From: Mycobacteriales bacterium
Lineage (GTDB): Bacteria > Actinomycetota > Actinomycetes > Mycobacteriales > SCTD01
Length of the DNA: 64,000 nt
Assembly (NCBI GenBank): GCA_046590985.1
Contig: JBKJVH010000205.1
Location: 3,401 to 67,400 of the forward strand
Reading direction: 5' to 3'
Every line of letters starts with the position of its first letter. The first letter of the stretch is position 1. Shown piece by piece: positions 26,999-36,148 of the stretch. The position numbers were made by a program, and so were the translations under genes. The notes below the pieces were generated by a model, which was not told where the DNA came from, did no database searches, and saw nothing but the letters and a program-made list of their open reading frames with translations.

Positions 26999-27616
26999 AT
27001 GACTGATCACTGGCCCGATGTCCCTGACCACGATGCCGTCCCCGAGCACGATCACCTCGACGAGCTGGGACACGACCTCGCGGCTGAGCACGACGCGTGG
27101 CAGCCGGACCTGCCCGACGTCGTGCACCACGACGAGGTGTCGTTGCACCTCGATCTGGTGCACCACGACGTGGACGTCGCCGCCGTCGACCGTGACGTGC
27201 TCACGGATGTGTACGGCGTGCAGCCGGACGCGCTCGCCGATGCCGCCGCCCGGCTGGGACTGCCCGATGACATCGACGGTCATGGTGCTGCAGTGCTGCT
27301 CGGCGAGCTTGGGGTGGACGCCGCCGTCGTGCACGGTGACGTCGACGGCCTGGCCGCCGAGCTGGAAGCCGGCCACGAGGTGATGGTCCACGGCACGACG
27401 GGTCGCCTGACCCTCGTGGGCATCGACACCGACGGCGTGGACCTGCAGGACGTGACCGGGGCCGTGACCCGGGTCGAGCTCACTGCGTTCGAAGACGCGT
27501 GGGCGCAGGCGTCGTATGCGATGGTGGTGGCCGAGCCGCTGCCCGCTGCGGGCGAGATCGTGCTCGAGACCGGTCCGGTGAGCGTCCTGGGAATGTCGTG
27601 GCCGCCCGCGTCGTGA
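26999..27616 (+). CDS. His/Asp-rich protein with a degenerate peptidase C39-like domain
   Basis: GGAGG RBS; LLGELGVDA...LEAGHEVMV...LVGID...FEDAWAQASYAMVV pattern; contains no Cys. Confidence 0.65.
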   Translation: MTDHWPDVPDHDAVPEHDHLDELGHDLAAEHDAWQPDLPDVVHHDEVSLHLDLVHHDVDVAAVDRDVLTDVYGVQPDALADAAARLGLPDDIDGHGAAVLLGELGVDAAVVHGDVDGLAAELEAGHEVMVHGTTGRLTLVGIDTDGVDLQDVTGAVTRVELTAFEDAWAQASYAMVVAEPLPAAGEIVLETGPVSVLGMSWPPAS

Positions 27617-27618
27617 CC

Positions 27619-27635
27619 TTGGCGGTCTCTAGGGA
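27619..27635 (+). promoter_or_regulatory. 17-bp box, copy 3 (TTGGCGGTCTCTAGGGA)
   Basis: 15/17 match; CAGAGT 22 nt downstream; upstream of the CDS at 27700. Confidence 0.8.
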
Positions 27636-27699
27636 TGTCGACCGGGCCGACACCGCGCAGAGTGATCGCAGAGCGCACCACCCGACCTGAGGAGCCACC

Positions 27700-28698
27700 A
27701 TGTCCGACATCCACGCCCCCGACCTCCCCGCCGACGCCGACGCCCATGGCGACGAGGGCCACGACCTGCTGCACGAGCTCATCGGCCTCGTCGACCCGGG
27801 CGCCGACGCCCCTGTCCCACCCGGCATGCCCGGTATGCCGGGCGCCGAGCTCCCCGTCGCCCCGGGCGGCGCCGACGCCCCCGTCGCCCCCGAGCCCGAG
27901 GTGCACCTCCCCGTCGCGGAGGACCCGCCGCCCGCTGACCCGGCGCCGGTCGACCCGCCCGTCGACGTGGCTCCGGTCGACCCGGCTCCGGTCGACGTCG
28001 CTCCGGTCGACCCGCCCGTCGACGTGGCGCCGGTCGACCCGGCTCCGGTCGACCCGGCTCCGGTCGACCCGGCGCCCGTCGACCCGGCGCCGGTCGACCC
28101 GGCGCCCGTCGACGTTGCGCCGCCGACGGCCACGAGCGACGGCCATGACGTCACCATCCCGGAGCAGCCCGTCGATGACCACAACGCCACGACGGGCGAC
28201 CCGGTCCCCACCATGGTCGACCATTCCGCGGTGGACGTGCCGAGCGCACCAGACGTGCCCACCGGCGACACCATCTCGCTCCCGGTCGACGCCACCCCGG
28301 CCGACCTGCCGGACACCATCACCAACGCGATCGCACCGGCCGCCGACCTGCACGCGGTCACCGCGTCCTTGACGGAAGCCCTTGGGTCCGCCCCCACCAC
28401 GGTGCCGGACTTCCACCTGGCAGCACCGACCCCGGGCGCTGCGACGCTGCTCGTGCCCGACAGCTCGGAGCTTCCGACGATGCAGGTGACCGACGTCGAC
28501 CACGCCGCTGGCACCATCACGGCGACGCCCCTCGGCGCACCCGGCATGCCGTCGATGACCCTGCCGCTGGATCAGGTCCAGGCCGCACACGACGAGAGCG
28601 GCAGCCCTGCCCTCACGTTCCTGACCGGCGGCGCCGCCGGGGCGCTGTCCTCCCTGACCGTCGTGGCGCTCGCCACCCGCAAGCTCCGGAAGGCCTGA
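27700..28698 (+). CDS. Acidic Pro-rich repeat protein with a weak C39-like C-terminal region and a hydrophobic/basic tail
   Basis: GAGGAG RBS; VDPAP repeats; QVTDVDHAAGTI...LPLDQVQAAHDESG; ends LTVVALATRKLRKA. Confidence 0.7.
   Translation: MSDIHAPDLPADADAHGDEGHDLLHELIGLVDPGADAPVPPGMPGMPGAELPVAPGGADAPVAPEPEVHLPVAEDPPPADPAPVDPPVDVAPVDPAPVDVAPVDPPVDVAPVDPAPVDPAPVDPAPVDPAPVDPAPVDVAPPTATSDGHDVTIPEQPVDDHNATTGDPVPTMVDHSAVDVPSAPDVPTGDTISLPVDATPADLPDTITNAIAPAADLHAVTASLTEALGSAPTTVPDFHLAAPTPGAATLLVPDSSELPTMQVTDVDHAAGTITATPLGAPGMPSMTLPLDQVQAAHDESGSPALTFLTGGAAGALSSLTVVALATRKLRKA
27934..28122 (+). repeat. Intragenic tandem repeat, 13 units of 12-15 bp encoding (A/V)DPAP, VDVAP or VDPP
   Basis: GTCGAC(CCG/GTN)GCKCCS units, 189 nt in frame. 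Confidence 0.9.
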
Positions 28699-28704
28699 GC
28701 CCCG

Positions 28705-30435
28705 GTGCTTCCCCGTCTGCCCGAGCTCGCTCGTGACATCGCCGAGATCTCGAACGGCGTCGTCGCGGCGGCTCGGGCCGCGGGGCGCCATGACCTCGCC
28801 GATCTGCTCGTGGCGGCGGCCGGCCGGTGGAGTGAACCCGGTACGACGGTCGCCGTGGTGGGGGAGCAGGGGGTTGGCAAGACAGCCCTCGTCAACGCCC
28901 TCATCGGGGTCCAGGTCCTACCCACACGGGACCTGGTCAGCCGCTCGACAACCGCGGTGGTTCGGGCCGGCTCGGAGGCGGCAGTGACCGCACATTCTCG
29001 CACCACCGATGTGCCGCTACAGCTCGACCCGCAGGCCATCGCGGCCTGGCTGGACGCGCAGGGACCCGTGAGCGAGCGTCTGCTGTCGATCGACGTGACC
29101 GTTGAGCAGCCGCGTACCGGTCCCACGACCACCCTGCTCGACACCGTGCCGGACCGCCGAGGGCTGCTCACCGCTCAGCGCTGCGACGTGCTGCTCATGG
29201 TGAGCGACGCCGACAGTCCGCTGACCCGGCCCGAGCTCGCACTCCTCGAGCACGCCCGCGGGTCGGCCGGCGTGGTCGTTCTCGTGCTGACAAGGGTGGA
29301 CCGCTACCGGGGCTGGGCAGAGATCCGCGCGGCGGACCAGGTCCTGCTCCCGGGGACGCTGGTCCTTCCTGTCAGCAGCACCCTTGCGGCGATGGCGCAG
29401 GAGCTCGCGGGGCGCGATGACGACGAAGCGGACGCGCTCGAGGAGGAGTCCGGCATCCGCGCCCTGCGCAAGGAGCTCGGCCGGTTGGCGGCTCGCACCC
29501 GCGAGCTGCGGCTGCTGGGTCTTGCCACCTTGGCGCTGGAGGTGGGCCGCGAAATCGCCCCGCCACTGCCCGTCGTCGATCCTGCCGAAGCCAGGGCGGA
29601 GGCGGATCGGTTGCAGGAGCAGATCGAGGGGCTGCGCCGACGTGCACCGGAGGTCTCGGTCGCCCTCGGCGACGAGATCGGCCGATTGCGTGAGACGTTG
29701 CTCGTCGAGGTGAGACGCGCTGCCACCAAGGCCGTCGCGGAGCGTGAAACGGCAAGGGCCCACACCAAAGATCTGGACGAGGCCGGCGAGGTGACCGCCC
29801 TGCTCGAGGTGCTCGACGTCGCCCGGTGGGAGCTCGAGGAGTCGCTGCGCGGCCGGACCGCGTCGTTGCAGGAGTGGCTGCTGCGCGCGCTCGAGGGCAG
29901 CAACGACACCGGCGCCCCCTTCGACCCGCTGCGCCCGCAGGCCGCCCCCACCCCGGCTGAATCGCGCGACGGGTCGTTGCGGCTGCGCTTCGGCGCAGCG
30001 CTGCTCACCGGCGGCAGCGGCGTCGTGCTGCTCGCCAGCCTGTTCGTGCCTGGACTGTCGAACGAACTGCGGCCGACCCTCATGAGCTTCGGCATGCTCA
30101 GCGGTGGGGTCAGCACGTTCGCCACCCTGCGGCATTCCGGCGCCCAGAGGACCGACTCTGTACGCAAGGCGGCAGCCCGAGCGCTGGTCGACGAGTGGCA
30201 GGCCGTCACGGGAGCAGCCCTGCGCAGTGACGTGCAGGCCGCCCAGCGCCGTACCGAAGCTGCCCTCAGGCAGGCTGTCACCGACCGGCTCGCGGACCTC
30301 GCCGCGCGGCTCACCGAGATGCGTGCGGTGGCAGGCGGAGAGCTCGGTACGACGGAAGCGGGCGATACCCGATCCCTGCGCGGCCACCTGCTGCGCGCGG
30401 AGGAGCTTGTGCGCCTGATGGGCGAGATCGCGTGA
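28705..30435 (+). CDS. Dynamin-like GTPase, IniA-like (coiled coil plus hydrophobic membrane segment)
   Basis: GEQGVGKT P-loop, DTVP (degenerate G3), TRVD (G4), EEESGI, hydrophobic FGAALLTGGSGVVLLASLF. Confidence 0.8.
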   Translation: MLPRLPELARDIAEISNGVVAAARAAGRHDLADLLVAAAGRWSEPGTTVAVVGEQGVGKTALVNALIGVQVLPTRDLVSRSTTAVVRAGSEAAVTAHSRTTDVPLQLDPQAIAAWLDAQGPVSERLLSIDVTVEQPRTGPTTTLLDTVPDRRGLLTAQRCDVLLMVSDADSPLTRPELALLEHARGSAGVVVLVLTRVDRYRGWAEIRAADQVLLPGTLVLPVSSTLAAMAQELAGRDDDEADALEEESGIRALRKELGRLAARTRELRLLGLATLALEVGREIAPPLPVVDPAEARAEADRLQEQIEGLRRRAPEVSVALGDEIGRLRETLLVEVRRAATKAVAERETARAHTKDLDEAGEVTALLEVLDVARWELEESLRGRTASLQEWLLRALEGSNDTGAPFDPLRPQAAPTPAESRDGSLRLRFGAALLTGGSGVVLLASLFVPGLSNELRPTLMSFGMLSGGVSTFATLRHSGAQRTDSVRKAAARALVDEWQAVTGAALRSDVQAAQRRTEAALRQAVTDRLADLAARLTEMRAVAGGELGTTEAGDTRSLRGHLLRAEELVRLMGEIA

Positions 30436-31871
30436 GGAGCCCGCTCGACCCGGTGCTCGCCGCCCTGGACGGGTTGGCGGTCGTGGTCGCCACGCCCGAG
30501 GCGCGCGAGCTGGCGGAGAGCCTCGCGGCGGCGGCCCGGGGACCGCTGCGGGTTGCTGTCGCGGGCCGCGTGAAGGCCGGCAAGTCGACCCTCGTCAACG
30601 CTCTGCTGCGGCAGCGCGTCGCCCCGACGGCCGTAGGCGAGTGCACCAAGGTCGTCACGTGGTACTCCCACGGTGTCCCTGAGCAGCTCGTCATCGTGCT
30701 GAAGGACGGCCGACGGCAGCGCCGTTCGCTACGGCCCGACGGCTCGCTGCCTCCCGATCTGCCGTACCCGATCGAGGAGATCGACCACCTGGAGGTCTCG
30801 CTGTCGATCGAGGCGCTGCGCGACGTGACCATCATCGACACACCGGGCCTCGCCTCGACGACCACGCCCGCCTCCGGAGCGACCCGCGAGCTGCTCGCTC
30901 TCGACACCTGCTCTCGCGGCGCTGTCGCCGCCGCCGACGTGCTGCTGCTCGTGCTTCCGGTCGAGCCCAGGTCCGACGAGATCGAGGTGCTCGCCCGCTT
31001 CGACGAGCAGTTCCAGGGGATTGCGCGCTCGGCGCTCAACACCGTGGGCGTGCTGTCGCGCTTCGACCAGAGCGCCGGACCGACGGTCGACGTGGCAGCG
31101 CGCGCAGCCGCACTCGGCAGAACGCTGCTTGAGGATCACCGCCTCCAGCTCGCTGCGGTCGTCCCCGTCAACGGGTTGCTCGCTGAGACGGCGAGCTGCG
31201 GGGTCTTGAACGAGCGTGACGTCGAGGTGCTCCACGAGCTGCGGGAACTCGGCCCGGAGCGGTTGCGGCTCCTCATGCTTTCCGCCGACCGCTTCGTCTC
31301 GGCGGCGGTCGACGTGTCCACCTCTGCTCGCGAGCGACTGCTGGAGCTGCTCGACCTGCACGGCCTCGAGCGAGCCGTCGAGCTGATCGCGACGACCGAG
31401 CGCGCCGGCCCCTTGACGGGCGCGCTGCTCGAGCACAGCGGCTTCGATGCCCTGCACCGGCAGGTGTTCGCCGGCTTCGCGCGGCACCGAGCCGTGCACA
31501 AGGCGAGCTGGGTCATCGGCGCGCTGCTGCGCGCGCACGTCACCGACCCGAGCGATGCGGCGAAGGTGCGCGACGTCATCGAGCAGCTCCTGCTCGATAG
31601 GGACCTGCATGCGGTGCGCGTGCTTCGCGCGGTGCAGACGGTCGCGACGGGGGACGTTCGGCTCTCAGCAGAGCTTGCTGACGATCTGCGACGACTTGCC
31701 GACCTGCTCGGCGTCGACCCGACGGCCCCGGATGCCGGCCGCGCGATGAGCCCCGACGAGGCCGTGGCCGGCGTGCAGAGGTGGCGTGCCCTGGCAGGAG
31801 ATGTGCGGTCAGGGCCAGTTCTTCGAGAAGTGGCTGATATCGCCACGCGGGCGTACGAGAATCTGCTGTGA
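30432..31871 (+). CDS. Dynamin-like GTPase, IniC-like
   Basis: GRVKAGKSTLVNALL, APTAVGECT, IIDTPGL, LSRFD, VPVNGLLAET. Confidence 0.85.
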   Translation: MRSPLDPVLAALDGLAVVVATPEARELAESLAAAARGPLRVAVAGRVKAGKSTLVNALLRQRVAPTAVGECTKVVTWYSHGVPEQLVIVLKDGRRQRRSLRPDGSLPPDLPYPIEEIDHLEVSLSIEALRDVTIIDTPGLASTTTPASGATRELLALDTCSRGAVAAADVLLLVLPVEPRSDEIEVLARFDEQFQGIARSALNTVGVLSRFDQSAGPTVDVAARAAALGRTLLEDHRLQLAAVVPVNGLLAETASCGVLNERDVEVLHELRELGPERLRLLMLSADRFVSAAVDVSTSARERLLELLDLHGLERAVELIATTERAGPLTGALLEHSGFDALHRQVFAGFARHRAVHKASWVIGALLRAHVTDPSDAAKVRDVIEQLLLDRDLHAVRVLRAVQTVATGDVRLSAELADDLRRLADLLGVDPTAPDAGRAMSPDEAVAGVQRWRALAGDVRSGPVLREVADIATRAYENLL

Positions 31872-31885
31872 GAAGGGGAGTCGAC

Positions 31886-32050
31886 GTGAAGAGGTCCATC
31901 GCCGTCTTCCTCCTGTGTGCGGTGCTGGCGCTTGCGGGCTGCAGCAAGGGTGAGAGCCCCACGACTCCCTCCGGCCCGCCGCCCGGACCTCCGAACCTGC
32001 CCACGGGCGCACCACCGTCCGTGACTCCTCACCCTCTAGGAATGCCCTGA
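31886..32050 (+). CDS. Tiny Pro-rich lipoprotein (54 aa)
   Basis: AAGGGGAG RBS, GTG start, lipobox LALAGC; fills the gap between the dynamin and Hsp70 genes. Confidence 0.7.
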   Translation: MKRSIAVFLLCAVLALAGCSKGESPTTPSGPPPGPPNLPTGAPPSVTPHPLGMP

Positions 32051-32051
32051 C

Positions 32052-34481
32052 ATGAACGGATACCTGCTGGCGGTCGACTTCGGCACCAGCTCCACGGCCG
32101 CTGTCGTCCAGGACGACAACGGGTCCGAGCTCGTCGAGGTCGGTGGCGTCGCTCGTGTGCCGTCGATGGTCGCTGCCATGGACGACGACTCGCTCGTCGC
32201 CGGCGAGGCTGCCGTGCGCCAGCTCGCGATCAACCCGGAGCGCGTGGAGCGGGCACCGAAGCGTCGGCTGGGTGATCGAGCCGTGCTCCTCGGTGACCGG
32301 GCCGTTTCACCGACCGCGCTGGTGGCTGCCGTGCTGCGGCTCGTCGCCGACGAGGCGGCCCGTCGCCGTGGTGGAGCGGCACCGACGGAGCTGCGGCTGA
32401 CGCACCCAGCGTCGTGGGCATCCACCAGGCTGGAGGCGCTGCAAGCCGCCGCGGCCGCCGCCGGACTGCCGAAGCCGTCGCTGCTGCCCGAGCCGGTCGC
32501 CGCGGCGCTCCATCTGTCCGATGCGCGCATCGCGGTCGGCGACCACGTCGCCGTCTACGACCTCGGCGGCGGCACCTTCGACGCCGCGGTCCTCCGACGT
32601 ACGGCGAACGGCTTCGAGCTCGTCGGCCCGCCGGGCGGTCACGACCGCGTGGGCGGCGAGGACCTCGACGAGAAGCTGCTCGAGCACGTCGGCGCCAGCA
32701 TCCGCGCGCAGGACCCGGAGTCGTGGGAGCGGCTGCGCTTCTCCGACGAGCGGCAGTGGCGTCGCGCGGCTGCGACGTTGCGCACCGAGGTGCGCTCCGC
32801 GAAGGAGGCGCTGTCCTCGGCGCCGCACGCCACCGTCTACGTCCCTGCGCCTGTCGACCTGGAGGTGCGCGTCACGCGCGAGGAGCTCGAGACCGTCGTT
32901 CGCCCCGATCTCGAGCGCACCGTCGATGAGTTCATGGCGACCGTGGAGAGAGCGGGATCCCCTCTCCTGCAGGCGATCTACCTCGTCGGCGGCGGTTCGC
33001 GGATGCCGCTCGTGGGCCGCCTCGTGGCCGACCGGACGGGCCTCACCCCGACCACCTGGGGCGACCCGAAGGCCTCGGTGGCCCTCGGCGCGGCCACAGC
33101 GGGGACGGTCGCGAGCGAACCGCCTACCGGAGTCATCCCGATTCAGGCATCTCCCGCACCGAAGCCGGCGCCGGTGACCCCGCCCGTCAGTCCGCCCCTT
33201 ACTGAGCCGGCGGCGCTCGCTCCACGGCACGTGTCGCGCAAGCTCTACGCCGGGGGAGGCGTCGCCGCAGCGGCCATCCTCGCCGTCGTGGCCGCGTTCG
33301 TCCTGACCGGTGGGTCGGACGACAACAAGAAGGGCACGCCGGCGGCCCCCGAGTTGTCCGCGTACTCCTTCGCTCCCGGTGTCGACAGCACCGTGCGCAG
33401 CGCCCGGACCTGGGCGCTCGACAAGGCGGGCACCACGCTCAGCGACAGCACCGTGCTGACAAACCTCTCCGCGGGGCCCATCACGCGTACAGCCCTGGAG
33501 GTCGCGCCCAAGGAGGTCGCGAGCACCGTCGGGCAGATCGCGTTCGAGCCCGGCTTCGCGGTCGTGCAGAACGATCCTGCTGTCCGCTACACGGTCACTC
33601 TGGCCCCCGGCGCGTCACGGACCCTCCGCTGGACGGCCCACCTCGCTACCCCCGCCGATCAGGCAAAGCTCAATGTCCTGGCCGCCGCACAACGCACCGC
33701 CGAGCGGGATCTTGCACCGCGGCTGCGATCGCTGGTGCCTGCGTCCGTGCTGGCCACGGCGCCGTTCGTGCCGTTCGCCGACGTGCGCATCCCCGACCCA
33801 GGCCCCACAGCCACCACGGCACCGAAGGCGACCGCCACCACGGCGCCACCCACCCTCACGCCCACCTTTTCGCCCTCCGCCTTGCCGGTGATCACCCCGG
33901 TCCCGCCGAGAACCGTCGCGCCGACCGTCCAGGCGAACAGGGCACCGACCCTCGGGGCGATCTCCAACCGGTCCAGCGACGAGCAGGCCGCGGTCTCCGT
34001 GACGCTGTCCGGGAGCGACCCCGATCGCAACGCCCTGACCTACAGCGCCACGGGGCTGCCCGCCGGTCTGCGCGTCAGCGGGGCGAAGATCACGGGGACG
34101 GTCTCTTACGCAGCTGCCAATGTCACGACAGACCGGCGGGTGGCCATCAAGACCAAGGCCTTCACCGTCACCGTGTCTGTCACGGACGGTAAGGGGGGTA
34201 CGGCGAAACGGTCGTTCACCTTCACAGTCCGCGACACCCACCGCCTGATGCCGGACTACCGCGACGACTACGGAGACGGCTCTCTCGGCAAGCCCAACAT
34301 CTCAGCCATCAGCGTGGCGAGCAACGACTGCTCGACGACGACCACGGGGACAGCCGACGGCCAGCGGATCTGGAGGCAAGGCGTTGCCGCGAACGCGGTC
34401 ATCCGCTATGGCCAGACCATTACCTACTGGTACGGCAACGACACGAACAACTGCCCCAACCACCTTGCGAAGGGCTGGTAG
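32052..34481 (+). CDS. Membrane-anchored Hsp70-family ATPase with extracellular Ig-like and PASTA-like domains
   Basis: AVDFGTS, EPVAAA, YDLGGGTFD, AKEALS, LVGGGSRMP; one TM helix; YSATGLPAGL...VTVSVTDG. Confidence 0.85.
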   Translation: MNGYLLAVDFGTSSTAAVVQDDNGSELVEVGGVARVPSMVAAMDDDSLVAGEAAVRQLAINPERVERAPKRRLGDRAVLLGDRAVSPTALVAAVLRLVADEAARRRGGAAPTELRLTHPASWASTRLEALQAAAAAAGLPKPSLLPEPVAAALHLSDARIAVGDHVAVYDLGGGTFDAAVLRRTANGFELVGPPGGHDRVGGEDLDEKLLEHVGASIRAQDPESWERLRFSDERQWRRAAATLRTEVRSAKEALSSAPHATVYVPAPVDLEVRVTREELETVVRPDLERTVDEFMATVERAGSPLLQAIYLVGGGSRMPLVGRLVADRTGLTPTTWGDPKASVALGAATAGTVASEPPTGVIPIQASPAPKPAPVTPPVSPPLTEPAALAPRHVSRKLYAGGGVAAAAILAVVAAFVLTGGSDDNKKGTPAAPELSAYSFAPGVDSTVRSARTWALDKAGTTLSDSTVLTNLSAGPITRTALEVAPKEVASTVGQIAFEPGFAVVQNDPAVRYTVTLAPGASRTLRWTAHLATPADQAKLNVLAAAQRTAERDLAPRLRSLVPASVLATAPFVPFADVRIPDPGPTATTAPKATATTAPPTLTPTFSPSALPVITPVPPRTVAPTVQANRAPTLGAISNRSSDEQAAVSVTLSGSDPDRNALTYSATGLPAGLRVSGAKITGTVSYAAANVTTDRRVAIKTKAFTVTVSVTDGKGGTAKRSFTFTVRDTHRLMPDYRDDYGDGSLGKPNISAISVASNDCSTTTTGTADGQRIWRQGVAANAVIRYGQTITYWYGNDTNNCPNHLAKGW

Positions 34482-34497
34482 TGGCGGTCTCTGGGGA
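34481..34497 (+). promoter_or_regulatory. 17-bp box, copy 4 (GTGGCGGTCTCTGGGGA)
   Basis: Exact; GAGGGT 22 nt downstream; upstream of the CDS at 34563. Confidence 0.85.
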
Positions 34498-34562
34498 GGG
34501 CGGGCGGCGCTGACGGCCCGAGGGTGAGAGGGACAGAAAGTCCCGCGAACCAGGAGCCTCAG

Positions 34563-36098
34563 ATGCGCCGCACCCTTGCCCTTGCCGCCCTGGCGGCGAG
34601 CGCCACCGCCGCCGTCCTCGTCCCGACCCTGAGCGCCTCTGCGGCGCCGGCCTCGAGCTGCGCCAAGTGGGCGGCGACGAACGGCGACGACGGGAACCCG
34701 GGAACGGCCGCTTCGCCGTACCGCTCCCTCGCCGCGCTCGTCGCGAACCTGCAGGCAGGTCAGACCGGCTGCCTGCCGTCCGGCCAGGCCTACCAGGCGA
34801 TTCAGGGCAACGGCATCTTCACGTCGTCTCACGGCACTACCGACAAGCCGGTCACGATCACCAGTGGCGGCGAAGGTCGGGCGCAGGTCGTCGGCTGGGT
34901 CGAGGCACGTGCGAACGTGCACGACGTGGTGCTCACGGACCTCGATTTCCTCGGCTCGCCGACCAACGCCGACGGCAGCGTGCAGTACCCGAAGAGCACC
35001 CACATCAACCTGCTCGGCGACCGCATCACGCTGAAAGGCAACGACATCACCAACCCTTACGGGATCTGCGTGAACGCCGGCGCCATCTCGGCCTACCAGT
35101 CGGTCGACCCCGGCGAACCGTCGGAAGACGTCGTCATCACCGACAACCGCGTCCACGGCTGCGGTATGAGCCCGAAGCTGACCTGGACCGACGGCGACAG
35201 CGGAGCCCACGGCATCTACCTGGTGAACACCCGTCGCGCGGTCGTGACGCAGAACCTCGTCTACGACAACCGCTACCGCGGTTTCCAGCAGTGGCCGACC
35301 GGTTCCGGCACGGTCGTCGCGAACAACCTGTTCGCCCGGAACGCGACGCAGGTCAACGTCGGCAGCGCACTGACCGACGGTTACCCCTGGTACTCCAGCG
35401 ACACGACGGTCCGCGACAACGTCATGGTCGCCAAGACCGACTACCGGACGGACAAGAACCAGGCGTCGGTGGCCTTCAACTTCCCGGCCGGCTCCCCGTC
35501 GTACGGGAACACCGTCATGGGCAACTGCATCAGCGCCGACCGCCAGCAGCTGGCCGGCTTCGGCTACACCGCGAGCGGCACCGTCTCCGCGACGGCGACC
35601 TTCATCGACGCCGCGCACGACGACTTCCGGATGACCAGCGACAGCCCTTGCCAGGGCAAGGGCCCGGCATCGATCCAGCCGACCGCGGTCACGCCCGCCC
35701 CCACAGCCACCGCCCCGGCACCGGCGCCGGTCCGCAAGGTGACGACCAGCACCGCGAGCTGCGCGGCCCGCACCGTCACGAGCCGGGCGCCGTCCGCCGC
35801 CACCAGCACGCCCTCGGCCGACTTCCTCTGGTTTCGCGCCGAGCTCTACGTGTGGAACGGTGCGTGGACGCGAGTCAAGATCAGCGACTGGCACTACAGC
35901 CGGGTCGACGGGTCGGCCATGACGCCCTGGACCCGGTACACCGACCGGGTGAGGACGTCATCCGTCACCTTCACCGGCCTGACCGCGGGCGCGGCCTACC
36001 GCATCGTCCAGGACGTCGAGTGGGACCTCGACGGTGTGGTCGCCCGCACCAACCAGACCATGACGGGGAGCACCAGCACGGTGTACTGCCGGGTCTGA
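34563..36098 (+). CDS. Secreted right-handed beta-helix (pectate-lyase-like) protein with a C-terminal aromatic-rich domain
   Basis: CAGGAG RBS; signal peptide; GDDGNPGTAASPYRSL; repeated ITDNRV/VTQNLV/VANNLF/VRDNV strands; DFRMTSDSPC; Pro/Thr linker. Confidence 0.8.
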   Translation: MRRTLALAALAASATAAVLVPTLSASAAPASSCAKWAATNGDDGNPGTAASPYRSLAALVANLQAGQTGCLPSGQAYQAIQGNGIFTSSHGTTDKPVTITSGGEGRAQVVGWVEARANVHDVVLTDLDFLGSPTNADGSVQYPKSTHINLLGDRITLKGNDITNPYGICVNAGAISAYQSVDPGEPSEDVVITDNRVHGCGMSPKLTWTDGDSGAHGIYLVNTRRAVVTQNLVYDNRYRGFQQWPTGSGTVVANNLFARNATQVNVGSALTDGYPWYSSDTTVRDNVMVAKTDYRTDKNQASVAFNFPAGSPSYGNTVMGNCISADRQQLAGFGYTASGTVSATATFIDAAHDDFRMTSDSPCQGKGPASIQPTAVTPAPTATAPAPAPVRKVTTSTASCAARTVTSRAPSAATSTPSADFLWFRAELYVWNGAWTRVKISDWHYSRVDGSAMTPWTRYTDRVRTSSVTFTGLTAGAAYRIVQDVEWDLDGVVARTNQTMTGSTSTVYCRV

Positions 36099-36131
36099 GC
36101 CCAGATCGTCGTGCCCGGAGCCTGCCCGCGG

Positions 36132-36148
36132 GTGGCGGTCTCTGGGGA
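36132..36148 (+). promoter_or_regulatory. 17-bp box, copy 5 (GTGGCGGTCTCTGGGGA)
   Basis: Exact; CACGGT 22 nt downstream; upstream of the CDS at 36224. Confidence 0.85.

Noticed and set aside
27934..28122. Possible CRISPR array
   Set aside because: Units are 12-15 bp, contiguous, have no unique spacers and lie in frame within a CDS; no cas genes nearby.
31830..31846. GTGGCTGATATCGCCAC near-palindrome sharing the GTGGC half of the box
   Set aside because: Lies in coding sequence, lacks the GGGA half, and has no nAnnnT hexamer 22 nt downstream.
32052..34481. Calling this dnaK
   Set aside because: No substrate-binding domain, has a TM helix, and no grpE or dnaJ neighbours.
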